Shown here piece after piece: positions 19,209-29,344 of a DNA stretch of 64,000 nt; position 1 is the first letter of the stretch; every line of letters begins with the position of its first letter. The notes beneath the pieces were generated by a model. That model was not told where the DNA came from and ran no database searches. It saw only the letters and a list, made by a program, of their open reading frames with translations. The stretch is from Leptolyngbyaceae cyanobacterium (GTDB lineage Bacteria; Cyanobacteriota; Cyanobacteriia; Phormidesmidales; Phormidesmidaceae). The stretch lies in assembly GCA_965263355.1 (NCBI GenBank), contig CBDHHL010000056.1, positions 1,760,001-1,824,000 of the forward strand. The letters run 5' to 3'. Both the position numbers and the translations under genes were made by a program.

Positions 19209-19267
19209 GCAAGGATTACACCTAAAACCTTGCTCTTACAAGCTTACTGTCAGATAATGAAAAAAAT

Positions 19268-19630
19268 ATGAAAGATCTGTCGTCATCTGTGCCAACTGCT
19301 GAGACTGTTCAGTCTACTCCAGGAATGCCTGAGGAAATATCTACGAAGGCTACATTTTGGGGTGTTTTTCTATCGACATTCATCACAATTTTTCTGGCAG
19401 AACTGGGTGATAAAACTCAAGTAGCTACTCTACTGATTAGTGCTGAGTCCCATAAGCCACTAACAGTATTTATAGGAGCCGCCTTAGCTCTGATCTCTAC
19501 AAGTTTGGTGGGAGTACTCATTGGTCAGTGGTTAGCCCGTCACGTCTCTCCCGAAACCCTAGATACTGTGGCTGGAATTTTGTTGCTGATTATTGCCGTG
19601 GGTTTAGTGACTGAAGTTATTGGTCTGTAA
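19268..19630 (+). CDS. TMEM165/GDT1 (UPF0016) half-size transporter, Hmx1-like
   Basis: Single ELGDKT motif, 3 TM helices. Confidence 0.9.
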   Translation: MKDLSSSVPTAETVQSTPGMPEEISTKATFWGVFLSTFITIFLAELGDKTQVATLLISAESHKPLTVFIGAALALISTSLVGVLIGQWLARHVSPETLDTVAGILLLIIAVGLVTEVIGL

Positions 19631-19647
19631 AGGATTGCCCCATTGCC

Positions 19648-19932
19648 ATGTCGTTTGATTGGAATCTACTGAGTATCAGTTTTGTCACCGTATTTCTATC
19701 GGAACTGGGGGACAAAAGCCAGATAGCCGCTATTGCTTTGGGAGGGAGTTCCTCGTCGCCTAAAGCTGTATTTTTAGGGACTGCAAGTGCATTAGTATTG
19801 GCCAGTTTTCTGGGGGTACTTTTGGGAGAAGGGACTGCCCAAATATTACCGACACAGCTTATTAAAGGTGTTGCTGCGATTGGATTTGCTTTGATGGGAA
19901 TTCGATTACTGTGGCCTGAAACCGACAGCTAA
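19648..19932 (+). CDS. TMEM165/GDT1 (UPF0016) half-size transporter, Hmx2-like
   Basis: Single ELGDKS motif, 3 TM helices. Confidence 0.9.
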   Translation: MSFDWNLLSISFVTVFLSELGDKSQIAAIALGGSSSSPKAVFLGTASALVLASFLGVLLGEGTAQILPTQLIKGVAAIGFALMGIRLLWPETDS

Positions 19933-20080
19933 AACTAGTGGCTGTCAATCTTAAAAATTGAGATTCTTCTTTTAAAGAATAAAAAAAAGTAAAGGGTGAG
20001 TAAGGCTTACTTTTTACTCCTCACCCTTACTCACTAATGATCCCCTTATCCAAAAATTTGAGCTTGACGCAATACTCGTC

Positions 20081-20623
20081 TTACTCGAAAAACTGGGCAG
20101 CAATATCGCTGTAGCATAAGCGCAGTAAAATCCCAAGGGCCAGTACCTTAGTCGCTTCCAAGCACCAATAGGCACCATGCATCCATTGCATAGTACTGGG
20201 AATAATGTGAATTTTTTCTGGCATATCCAGGGCTATACCAATACCACCCATATAAGGAGTCAGTACGTAGGCATAAGTGAGTGAGACCATAACCAAGCTG
20301 CCTGCTAATAGCAATGTCCAACGGCTACGACTGCCACTGACTTCTACAGCACAATCAGCATGGGCCTGACGCATGGCCAATACACCAGTCAAAATTAGAC
20401 CAGCCAAAAGCATTTCAACATGGTTAAACACCTCAAAAAGGCTATAACCAGCGCTAGCAAAACCAGGAGTTGTCATCATGCCACTCATATAGAGCATCGG
20501 CATAACGACAAAATCAAGCATCAAACTGCTACCAAGCCAGAAAACTGCCAGAAAGAGAACGGCACTATCCCACGCAAATTGACGTGGAGATAGCTTAGGG
20601 AAAGACAACGAGAAAGGTGTCAT
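20081..20623 (-). CDS. 4-TM membrane protein (DUF4149/TMEM205-like)
   Basis: FWL.SSL.LD.V.MP..Y.SGMM..PGFASAGY..F..FN, MH..YW.LE..K. Confidence 0.7.
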   Translation of the reverse strand: MTPFSLSFPKLSPRQFAWDSAVLFLAVFWLGSSLMLDFVVMPMLYMSGMMTTPGFASAGYSLFEVFNHVEMLLAGLILTGVLAMRQAHADCAVEVSGSRSRWTLLLAGSLVMVSLTYAYVLTPYMGGIGIALDMPEKIHIIPSTMQWMHGAYWCLEATKVLALGILLRLCYSDIAAQFFE

Positions 20624-20689
20624 GAATTAAACCAAATGATTGATGGGTATGTCTCAAAGCTAGCCGATATAGTTAGAGATAAACGTGAA

Positions 20690-20721
20690 AAATCGTTGCG
20701 ATATGGGCATCGCAACGATTT
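20690..20721. terminator. 13-bp stem hairpin downstream of mgdA
   Basis: AAATCGTTGCGAT-ATGGGC-ATCGCAACGATTT, T-run on the minus strand. Confidence 0.6.
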
Positions 20722-20778
20722 CTTTAGATATCTAATAACAGTCTTTAGATATGGTTTATTGCTCTTTAAGGTGCCGAG

Positions 20779-22113
20779 CTATGCACTGGCGGTTTCTCCA
20801 GCATGAATTGTTTTGACCCATTTCAGCCGTTTTGGCCGTATAGCCATGCGTATCGTCGCAAAAGCCATAACTATGATCCAATGGGTCATGTAGATAGTTC
20901 CTTTGACCGCTCGTACCATGGCTACTGGCAGGGATACTTTTTGAGTACGGCAGATCCCGCTAGCCATACCCCAGTAGGATATGCCGACTGCCAAAGTCGT
21001 TAAGGGAGCAAACACAGGGGGGTGGCGTAGTGCGATCGCGACAAGCAAGTCCGGTAATGCCACAATCGGTAACATGTATTGTAAGACCCAATACATCAAC
21101 ATATCGATGGATTTATTCCATCCCAGACGATTTCGTAACAAAAATCGCCAGTAATCCAGATAGCGCTGGTAGCCTCCCTCTGCCCAACGATTACGCTGAT
21201 GCCACAAGGCTATCCCACTGGTGACCCCTTCTTCTCCTACCGGGGGCAGCTCTAAAAAGCTAATATTCCATTGATTTAGGTGTAGTTGTACCGTCAAATC
21301 CAGGTCATCAGTAATAGTCATTTCATTCCAACCACCACATTGGGCAATGGCTGTACGTCTTACAAATTGACCGTTACCTCGCAGTTCACCAATGCCACAT
21401 CGAGCAGCACGTTGTTCCTGGTAATAGCGGTCTAACGCCATTTCTGCCGCTTGCCCTTGGGTCCAGAAATTCGTCTCGCTATTGACAATGGACTTACGCA
21501 CCTGAATCGCTCCTGTGCAGTCATTAGCAAACAGTGGTACCACCTTCTGGAGTAAATTTGCAGATACCTGAGCATCAGCATCAAACACCGCCAGGATTTC
21601 GCCATTTGCCCGTGGCCAGACTAAGTTTAATGCTCCAGACTTACCACCAGTCGCCTCTGGCCCACGATGTAAAACTTTTAGCTTTGAATATTCCTGGGTC
21701 AACTGGTCTAAAATTCTGCCAGTGCCGTCATCACTATTGTCGTTAATCACCCAAAGCTCATAGCGATCCTCGGGATAGTCTAAATTGCAAAGCGATGCCA
21801 CTAAGTTACTAATGACCGCCGCTTCATTCTTAGCCGCTACTAACAAAGATATACGCGGACAATCTGCCTGATCTAACGCATCAGGAATAGGGACTTGATT
21901 GGGACTAACCGCATAGATAGGATTAGCCGTCACAATCCTGACCATATAAAGCGCCACCATTACGGTAGCCACCCAAACCACAAGTGAGCCCCACATGGCC
22001 CAGTGCAACACCACTGTTACACTCCACAAAAACACCAAAGCAGCCAACGCTTTCAGGCGACGTCCTTCCGAAAGATGATCTGGTGAAACATCAGGTACCA
22101 TTTCAATCGCCAT
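20779..22113 (-). CDS. mgdA: Monoglucosyldiacylglycerol synthase (GT2)
   Basis: GRR.KA N-terminal TM pair, GGKSGALN, FDAD, ELRGNGQ, TDDLDL, QRNRW, WVKT.H. Confidence 0.85.
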   Translation of the reverse strand: MAIEMVPDVSPDHLSEGRRLKALAALVFLWSVTVVLHWAMWGSLVVWVATVMVALYMVRIVTANPIYAVSPNQVPIPDALDQADCPRISLLVAAKNEAAVISNLVASLCNLDYPEDRYELWVINDNSDDGTGRILDQLTQEYSKLKVLHRGPEATGGKSGALNLVWPRANGEILAVFDADAQVSANLLQKVVPLFANDCTGAIQVRKSIVNSETNFWTQGQAAEMALDRYYQEQRAARCGIGELRGNGQFVRRTAIAQCGGWNEMTITDDLDLTVQLHLNQWNISFLELPPVGEEGVTSGIALWHQRNRWAEGGYQRYLDYWRFLLRNRLGWNKSIDMLMYWVLQYMLPIVALPDLLVAIALRHPPVFAPLTTLAVGISYWGMASGICRTQKVSLPVAMVRAVKGTIYMTHWIIVMAFATIRMAIRPKRLKWVKTIHAGETASA

Positions 22114-22400
22114 AGGTTCCGTGTAGTAGAGTATTGGGGTTACAGTTCATTAATATCTTATTAAAATCTGTTACACAGCGTCATGTTTAGACATGCCTTC
22201 TCTGAAATCCTCTTATTTTGCAGTGAACAGGGCTTAGACTTCTGTGGGTAAACTAATGCTTGGCAGCACATATTACGTCTTGGTGGCTGATCAAAGCACT
22301 ATGCCCAAAAACTATCAGCTCTCAGGTCTAGTGAGACCATGATGTTTATGGTTGCCTAATTTCACAGTTTTCTTAAGAAAAGACCCCACTGCTCAACGCT

Positions 22401-22775
22401 ATGCCTATTGCAGACATTCAGCCCGCTCCCAAACAAGATGTCGGTGTTTATATGCCCTATTACCAAGGCAATAAACGCAAAGCCCTACCCTATGCCATCG
22501 GCCTCTACAAACGTGGCAATCTTGAAGGTGAGCGTCGAATCGAAGGCGGTGAGAGCATCGTCTTTTTGGCGACATGGAATGTATCAATGTTGCCTGCCGA
22601 CCTCACTCAATGTCGAATGCAGTTTGATGGTGATGCAGAACTTACCTATGAAATCACCATGGCTACCTTTGAATTTGTCGATTTCCTAATCGATGTAGTC
22701 ACTGCTATGCGGCTAAAGCGGTCACCTGATTTTTCTAAATCCTTCTATCGTAGATTGCTCAGAATGGATGAGTAG
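22401..22775 (+). CDS. ebsA: Type IV pilus/secretion accessory protein EbsA
   Basis: VY.PY.QG.KR..LP.AI.LY..G.LEG.R.IEGGE.I.F.ATW, DFS..FYR.LLR.D. Confidence 0.85.
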   Translation: MPIADIQPAPKQDVGVYMPYYQGNKRKALPYAIGLYKRGNLEGERRIEGGESIVFLATWNVSMLPADLTQCRMQFDGDAELTYEITMATFEFVDFLIDVVTAMRLKRSPDFSKSFYRRLLRMDE

Positions 22776-22872
22776 TATGCATTGCTGATTCGTTTAACAA
22801 AACACTTCGTCAAAAGTTAAGGTTTTGCCAAATTGCTGACAACTCTCCATGGCACAATGAGGGAGAGCCCTA

Positions 22873-23979
22873 TTGGTAGTCAGGAGTGATAGTGTGCCTC
22901 ATCCATCAAAGCATCTGCTGATTGGCTCAACAGAGCCCTACAGCGGCAAATCGGCCACCATAACGGGTCTGGCCCTACAGCTTCAGGATCGCGGTATTGA
23001 TATTGCCTATGCCAAACCTGTTGGTACTTGTCCTAGCGATGAAGCTGGTATTGACGAAGATGTTCGGTTTATTTCCAAAATTTTAGCGCTACCGACATCA
23101 CGTCTGCGTCCAACGCTTCTGTCCCTTGATGCTCAGACAATCGAGCAACAATTGACAGATGAAAATGCTGCCGTTGATCCACAGCAGATGGCTACTTATC
23201 TTGGTGGTCAGGGGGAAGATTTACTGCTGATTGAAGGTCCCGGCACGCTAGAAGAAGGCACTCTATTTGGTTTATCTCTGACTCAACTGGCACAGGCAAC
23301 TGAAGCGCAAGTCATGTTAGTTGCAAGGTTTCATTCCGTACTGATTGTTGACGGTCTACTGGCAGCTAAGCAAAAGCTTGGTGACCGATTAATGGGTGTC
23401 TTAATTAATGATGTTCCTGCCGAGCAACTTCAGGCTGTTACTACTAACGTTAAGGCTTGCCTTGAGCGCCATGGCATACCTGTTTTAGGGATTCTACCGA
23501 GTACTCCCCTGATGCGTAGCGTCAGCGTTGGTGAGCTGGTTCAACAACTCAAAGCTGAGATCCTTTGCTGTGAGGATCGAGTGGATTTAATGGTTCAGAG
23601 CTTGAGCATTGGAGCAATGAATGTCAACTCAGCCCTGAAATATTTTCGTAAGGCTGACAATATGGCTGTGATTACGGGGGGTGACCGAGCTGATATTCAA
23701 CTGGCGGCGCTAGAAACCTCTACCCAATGCTTGATTTTAACGGGACATCTTGCACCACGCCCAGATATCATAAGTCGGGCTCAAGATTTAGAAGTGCCCA
23801 TTTTGTCAGTGGATCTAGACACCCTCACTACTGTTGAAATTATTGAAAAGTCATTCCAGCAGGTGCGCTTACAGGAGCCTATCAAAGTACAGTGCATTCA
23901 GCTGCTCATGGAAAAGCACTTTGACGTAGAGCGCCTGATGGGTGAGTTGAATTTATCATCACCTGCCGTGACAGCGTAG
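22873..23979 (+). CDS. Phosphotransacetylase N-terminal-like protein (BioD-like P-loop + DRTGG, no PTA catalytic domain)
   Basis: GSTEPYSGKS, YAKP.G, IEG, IGAM, ITGGDR.DIQ. Confidence 0.88.
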   Translation: MVVRSDSVPHPSKHLLIGSTEPYSGKSATITGLALQLQDRGIDIAYAKPVGTCPSDEAGIDEDVRFISKILALPTSRLRPTLLSLDAQTIEQQLTDENAAVDPQQMATYLGGQGEDLLLIEGPGTLEEGTLFGLSLTQLAQATEAQVMLVARFHSVLIVDGLLAAKQKLGDRLMGVLINDVPAEQLQAVTTNVKACLERHGIPVLGILPSTPLMRSVSVGELVQQLKAEILCCEDRVDLMVQSLSIGAMNVNSALKYFRKADNMAVITGGDRADIQLAALETSTQCLILTGHLAPRPDIISRAQDLEVPILSVDLDTLTTVEIIEKSFQQVRLQEPIKVQCIQLLMEKHFDVERLMGELNLSSPAVTA

Positions 23980-24081
23980 GTCAATATTAGAATGCAATCT
24001 TAGAGATTACGGATCACAAGGTTGTAGGGACAAGGGTTTGGTAAAATTAGCCAGTCCTTTCATTAAAACTACATAAAGCCC

Positions 24082-24597
24082 TTGAGTCAGTCCCTTGATA
24101 CCCCCATCGAATCGCTTAAGGTAGATGATTTTTTGCAAGAGCTTGCTGCTATCCAGCAGTCAGGTTCAAAGCGAATTGCTATCTTGGGGTCCCGCCATGT
24201 GCCTATTACCCACTTGCGGCTGATTGAATTGATGAGCTATGCACTGGTGCTTGGCGGCAATCGGCTTTTGACATCTGGGGCAACGGGGACAAACGCTGCA
24301 GCGATTCGGGGAGCAATGAAGGCAGATCCTAACTTGCTGACGGTGATTTTGCCACAAAGCCTGGAACGTCAGCCGCGCGAATCTCGTGAGCAGCTAGAGT
24401 CAGTCATGCATCTGGTAGAAAACTCTGCTAACGACAGGCTTGAACTGGCTGAGGCCAGCGCCCTTTGCAATCAGGAAATTATCTCTCGCTGTCAGCAGCT
24501 AATTTGCTTTGCATTTCACGATAGTCATACATTGCTGAAAACCTGCAAAGATGCTGAAGATCAGCGCAAAATTGTGACATTGTTCTACTTTGATTAG
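24082..24597 (+). CDS. DprA/Smf-like (SLOG superfamily) protein
   Basis: IAILGSRH, TSGA.GTN.A.IRGA, N.EII, FHDS.T; much shorter than true DprA. Confidence 0.8.
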   Translation: MSQSLDTPIESLKVDDFLQELAAIQQSGSKRIAILGSRHVPITHLRLIELMSYALVLGGNRLLTSGATGTNAAAIRGAMKADPNLLTVILPQSLERQPRESREQLESVMHLVENSANDRLELAEASALCNQEIISRCQQLICFAFHDSHTLLKTCKDAEDQRKIVTLFYFD

Positions 24598-24645
24598 AAC
24601 AAACACTGGTTAGCATTTTGCCCTTGGCGCTAGAGCATTTGATCT

Positions 24646-25083
24646 GTGAGCTTACTATCCTTGCCTAATATTTTTCTATATAGTCTGCCAATAGCTGCTT
24701 TCTTGATTTATTTGCCTTATATGGTGGTGGCCTCAGAGCGAGTAAAGCTAGCTCAATCTATGGATAATCCTATGGAGGTGTTTACTAAGCCTCGGGTTTA
24801 TGCAGACAAACTGCCAGACTACGCCAAGCGAGCAAATTGGGCCCATCAAAATTCATTGGAGTCATTTATGCTGTATGCTCCAGCAGCATTGATGGCCTAC
24901 ATGACAGGTCAGGACAGTATAGCTGCCTTACTGGCGGTCGTTACTTATGTGATTGCGCGGTTACTTTTCTCAATGTCTTACATTCTGAATGTGGCACCGT
25001 TGCGATCGCTGATGTTCGTCATTGGCAGCCTCAGCATTTTTAGCCTATATTTCATGAGCTGCAAAACCATTTGGCTACAATAG
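24646..25083 (+). CDS. MAPEG family membrane protein
   Basis: RA.WAHQNS.E, ARL....YI.N...LRS. Confidence 0.88.
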   Translation: MSLLSLPNIFLYSLPIAAFLIYLPYMVVASERVKLAQSMDNPMEVFTKPRVYADKLPDYAKRANWAHQNSLESFMLYAPAALMAYMTGQDSIAALLAVVTYVIARLLFSMSYILNVAPLRSLMFVIGSLSIFSLYFMSCKTIWLQ

Positions 25084-25153
25084 TTCTTACCCTCGCATCT
25101 CCATGTTCTAGACGGTGGGCAATGCTCACCTTACACCTCTATTCTCCTCAACC

Positions 25154-25645
25154 ATGGCTTCTACGTTTTCCTTTGATGTCGTTAGTGACTTTGATCGTCA
25201 GGAGCTGGTCAATGCTCTCGATCAGGTACGCCGTGAATTAAAAAGTCGATATGACCTCAAAGATAGTAAGACCACATTGGATTTAGGCGAAACCAATATC
25301 TCTATTGAGACCGCTAGTGAAATGACATTAGAGGCGGTTCATACGCTGATTCAAACCAAAGCAGCAAAACGAAATTTATCGATGAAGATCTTTGAGTTTG
25401 GCAATATCGACACCGCTAGTGGCAACCGGGTTAGACAAGAGATTGAACTCAAAAAAGGTCTGAGTCAGGAGGTTGCAAAAAAAATCTCTAAGATGATTCG
25501 TGACAACCTCAAAAAGGTACAAGCCTCAATTCAAGGGGATGCGGTTCGTATTTCAGCCAAGTCTAAAGATGACTTGCAAGCTGCAATTCAGCTTATTAAA
25601 GAGGAAGACTGGCCTGTCGCTTTGCAATTCCAAAACTACCGTTAG
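25154..25645 (+). CDS. yajQ: YajQ family nucleotide (c-di-GMP)-binding protein
   Basis: SFDVVS, RYDLK, QASIQGD.VR...K.KDDLQ, LQF.NYR. Confidence 0.95.
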   Translation: MASTFSFDVVSDFDRQELVNALDQVRRELKSRYDLKDSKTTLDLGETNISIETASEMTLEAVHTLIQTKAAKRNLSMKIFEFGNIDTASGNRVRQEIELKKGLSQEVAKKISKMIRDNLKKVQASIQGDAVRISAKSKDDLQAAIQLIKEEDWPVALQFQNYR

Positions 25646-25707
25646 CCCACAGGACGACTAATATAAAAGGAGCTATGGTTTAAGGTAGAGTATTTGGCTA
25701 GACGCCT

Positions 25708-26295
25708 ATGACTACGGTAAAAAATCGCCCCATGACCTTAACAGAGTATCTGAACTACGACACAGATGCAGATGCTCGCTATGAGTTGGTGGATGGAATT
25801 TTAGTAGAGATGGGCGCTGAAAGTACTCTCAATATCAACATTGCAATTTTTTTGATTGTGACGTTTGCCCAGCTAGTGCCTATCCACCGCATCCATAGGG
25901 GTACAGAAATTGAAGTCGAAGGAGAACTAGCCAATACTCGCTATCCTGACTTGATGGTATTAACTGAAGCGTGTGCTGCAGCACTGGCTGGGAAGAAACG
26001 TGCCTTAATCTCATCAGATATGCCTGCTCCTGCACTCGTGGTTGAAGTGGTCTCCAGCAGCGATACGGATGTTAGATCACGAGATCGTGACTACGTTGAT
26101 AAACGCAAAGAGTATGCCCAGAGAGGCATTCCAGAATATTGGATTATTGATCCAATCAAGGCAGCTATTTTAGTTTTGACACTGACGGGGCAAACATACC
26201 AGGACCAGCAGTTTACAGGCAAAGACTTACTCAAGTCACCGTTGATGCCTGCATTAAACCTCTGCTGCAATCAAGTCCTAAAAGCAGGTCAGTAG
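25708..26295 (+). CDS. Uma2 family (DUF820) putative endonuclease
   Basis: YELVDG.L..M, R.PDL, P.LVVEVVS, DY..KR.EYA..GIPEYWIIDP. Confidence 0.92.
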   Translation: MTTVKNRPMTLTEYLNYDTDADARYELVDGILVEMGAESTLNINIAIFLIVTFAQLVPIHRIHRGTEIEVEGELANTRYPDLMVLTEACAAALAGKKRALISSDMPAPALVVEVVSSSDTDVRSRDRDYVDKRKEYAQRGIPEYWIIDPIKAAILVLTLTGQTYQDQQFTGKDLLKSPLMPALNLCCNQVLKAGQ

Positions 26296-26396
26296 AGAGC
26301 TGTAGAAATGCCTGCCAAATGACAAACTCTCGCACATCATTAGGACGATGGGTCTGCTTCTTGCTACCCATAAAAATCTATCCTTGAGAACACGCC

Positions 26397-26885
26397 TTAA
26401 AAGTCCCACGTTAGTAATGTAGCAGTGGGGATAAAGCCCAAGTCTTCATAAAGGTTGAGGGCTACCTTATTTTTGCAAAACACCTGAAGGCTTATCTGGC
26501 CATAGCCATGTTCCTTAGCCCAGTGCTTAGCATGATTCATTAACCCACGTCCCAGCCCCAGACGCCGATAGGCTGGTTTTACATACACCAAATAAATATA
26601 AGCCTGAAGTGTTCCAGTAAGTTGGTCAATTGATTGCCCCAACCAGAGACATCCAATGGAACTCGGTTGACCTGCCATAAAACCAACCCGTGAGATGCCA
26701 GATTTCTCTAACCACCAAAGCATTGACGGTCCCTCAAGATACAATTCAACGGTTTTGGTCAGATGGCCTAGTTGGGCAGCCCCTAATTCTCGATAGGCAC
26801 TCGCCATCGTTGTCAATAATCGTGATCGATCCAGACCAGAGCCCTCAACCAATTGATATCCCTCAGGCCAGTCAGACACCACCAA
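26397..26885 (-). CDS. GNAT family N-acetyltransferase
   Basis: YV.P.YRRLGLG..L, LQVF..N..A..LY..LGF. Confidence 0.9.
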   Translation of the reverse strand: MVVSDWPEGYQLVEGSGLDRSRLLTTMASAYRELGAAQLGHLTKTVELYLEGPSMLWWLEKSGISRVGFMAGQPSSIGCLWLGQSIDQLTGTLQAYIYLVYVKPAYRRLGLGRGLMNHAKHWAKEHGYGQISLQVFCKNKVALNLYEDLGFIPTATLLTWDF

Positions 26886-27051
26886 AATTAGTTAGTAATA
26901 ACTTCCCTGCCATAGCAAGTTCGTCACCATCAATAGGAGCAGGGGCCATCATATCGCTAGGTAACCAAATACGTGCACTAACTGCCAACATAGCCACCAA
27001 AAACACGATCAAAATCAGAAATGGAATCACATACGAGCGAATGATGGACAT
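26872..27051 (-). CDS. Small single-TM protein, 59 aa (missing from ORF track)
   Basis: Manual translation MSIIRSYVIPFLILIVFLVAMLAVSARIWLPSDMMAPAPIDGDELAMAGKLLLTNFGGV; its stop overlaps the GNAT start. Confidence 0.75.
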   Translation of the reverse strand: MSIIRSYVIPFLILIVFLVAMLAVSARIWLPSDMMAPAPIDGDELAMAGKLLLTNFGGV

Positions 27052-27171
27052 GGTAAAACTTTGAAAATAAGGATGTACAGGATGTTCGTCATTAGATAAC
27101 CGATACCATTAAGTATCGTAACGTTTCTTAGTGGGATGAACATTGACCACAGTCTAGTTTTAGCCTGTGAA

Positions 27172-28968
27172 TCAAGACCACACATCATCATCATCTAATC
27201 CAGGACGTGGCACCGGGGCAATAGGTCGCTGATTCAGCTGACGTAGCCACCACCAACCACCTACAGCGATAATCAGTGCACACCATCCCAATAGCGACTT
27301 CAATAACAAAAATCCACCCACAGCGAACATTGCGCCAAAGAGTAATAGCAGTGCAGCGCTCACTCGCTGAAACTCCAGCTCCAAATTTTGTAACGGTCTT
27401 ATCCCGGTACGCTGACGCTGACGCTGCCAGCCGGGACCACCGGGGCGCACACGGCGATAAAAGTTGTCTAGGGTTTCATCGGATTCGGGGGGGGTTAGCA
27501 ACATCACGGTGACCCAAACTAGGGTGGTAATACCTGCCGTCACTAGCAGGCGCAGTCCAAAGTCGGAAATTTTGACCACGTCTAAAACGCTGGTGAGCAA
27601 ACCAATGACAAATCCCGTCACCATGGAACTCAGTTCTGCTGCGGCATTAATTCGCCACCAGAACCAGCGCAAAATAAGTACAAGGCCAGGTCCCGTACCA
27701 ATGGCAATTACCAAACGAAAAACAGTGGCCACATCAGAGGCAAAGAACGCTGCTGCTGCGCCTAAAACAGTCACTAGCACCGACGTAATGCGCCCGACAT
27801 TTACCAATTCAGCTTGGGTGGCGTCGGGGTTAATAAACCGACTATAAAGGTCATTGGTCAGGTACGATGCCCCCCAATTGATCAGGGTGGAAACAGTACT
27901 CATAAAGGCAGCGACCAGGGATGCGACGACTAACCCCAGAAGCACTGGGGGCAAAAAGTCGAGCATGAGTTTGGGGTAGCCTAATTCACGATCGGCTAAA
28001 TCTGGATAGATCGCCACAGCGGCCAAGGCAACAATAATCCAGGGCCAGGTACGAATAACGTAGTGCAAAATATTGAAAAACCAGGCTGCTTTTTCCGCTT
28101 CAGTTTCATCCTTGGCAGCCACCAAACGCTGGATAAATTCGCCCCCACCGTCGCTGCGGCGAAAGGCCCACCATTGCAAAAACACATAGGCAATAAACGC
28201 GCTAGCGGGAATACCTGCCACCGAACTCCAGCCAATGCCACCGTCAAAGGTGATGGGTACGATGCTGAGAATATCGAACTCGGTGTTAGCCTGAGCCTGA
28301 TTAACCAGATTTTGCATGCCACCCACTGAGGCGACCGAGGCCACCGCCACTACAATCGCCCCTAGTAGCGCCAGGAAAAATTGGAAGAAGTCAGTAGCCA
28401 CCACACCCCAAAGCCCTGAGAAGCCAGCGTAGAACAGCACTAAAATACTGACCACAATCACGCTCCAGAGCTTCATACTGTCATTTGGTTCAATGCCCAC
28501 ACTTTGCCACAGCTCCAGGGCATCTACTACTTTGACCATGGCCAACATAGCGTAGCCAATACCGATGCAGTTGATAGGCACTGCAAACAGAAACGCTTTT
28601 ACACCCCGTAAAACTGCCGCTGTTTGACCGCCATAGCGAATTTCAGTAAGTTCCGCATCGGTTACCACTTCCGACCGTCGCCACAATCGAGCAAAGACAT
28701 AGATCATCACCACATGGGCGATGCCAAAACTCCACCATTCCCAATTACCGGCAATCCCACGGGAGCCGACTACTCCGGCTACATACAGCGGTGTATCAAT
28801 CGAGAATGTGGTAGCGGCCATACTGGTACCGGCCAACCACCAGGGCAAGGAGCGCCCTGACACAAAAAAATCAACCAGGCTACCGGAAGCTTTGCGAGAC
28901 AGGTAGACACCTAACACCATTGTAAAGATGAGGTAGGCCAATACAATCAGCCAGTCAATTAGAAGCAT
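27172..28968 (-). CDS. Sodium:solute symporter family protein
   Basis: FFVSGRSLPWW, ATTFS.DTP, TDFFQF, AAFMST, about 14 TM helices. Confidence 0.93.
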   Translation of the reverse strand: MLLIDWLIVLAYLIFTMVLGVYLSRKASGSLVDFFVSGRSLPWWLAGTSMAATTFSIDTPLYVAGVVGSRGIAGNWEWWSFGIAHVVMIYVFARLWRRSEVVTDAELTEIRYGGQTAAVLRGVKAFLFAVPINCIGIGYAMLAMVKVVDALELWQSVGIEPNDSMKLWSVIVVSILVLFYAGFSGLWGVVATDFFQFFLALLGAIVVAVASVASVGGMQNLVNQAQANTEFDILSIVPITFDGGIGWSSVAGIPASAFIAYVFLQWWAFRRSDGGGEFIQRLVAAKDETEAEKAAWFFNILHYVIRTWPWIIVALAAVAIYPDLADRELGYPKLMLDFLPPVLLGLVVASLVAAFMSTVSTLINWGASYLTNDLYSRFINPDATQAELVNVGRITSVLVTVLGAAAAFFASDVATVFRLVIAIGTGPGLVLILRWFWWRINAAAELSSMVTGFVIGLLTSVLDVVKISDFGLRLLVTAGITTLVWVTVMLLTPPESDETLDNFYRRVRPGGPGWQRQRQRTGIRPLQNLELEFQRVSAALLLLFGAMFAVGGFLLLKSLLGWCALIIAVGGWWWLRQLNQRPIAPVPRPGLDDDDVWS

Positions 28969-29344
28969 TGGGATGCAATTCTGAAGCGGTAAGCCCAAAT
29001 CATCCCATACGAGGTTGCTCTCACAAAAAATTGTCGCAAAATGTCGTTAATCGAAATTTTGAAAGGATAGAGGCGTTTGTGAAGCTTGCGATCGCATCTC
29101 TCATTAACTCCATTGCCCCCGCCCACCATGAGCACGACCTGAAACTAACGCTCTGCCCGACTATTAACACGAAACCGTCTGCCGGCGTTTGGCAGCTTAA
29201 CAGTAGTATGCAACTTACCTCCAGGCGTTGCACCAAAAGCACTATGACCGAGCCCAACAACTAGAACAAGCCCATTGTCACCGAGATGGTGGCGCTGCTT
29301 TTCACTAAGCAGACTGCGATAGTATGAACGCTGACTATTCGGCT

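Noticed and set aside
19989..20035. ACTCCTCACC resembling the Yfr1 sRNA motif
   Set aside because: Does not match the full ACTCCTCACAC motif and lies in a hairpin between convergent genes; more likely a terminator
26690..27064. 124-aa plus-strand ORF
   Set aside because: Antisense shadow of the GNAT and the 59-aa microprotein
28968..29264. Overlapping 98-aa (+) and 79-aa (-) ORFs
   Set aside because: No recognisable motifs or RBS; probably the promoter region of the symporter
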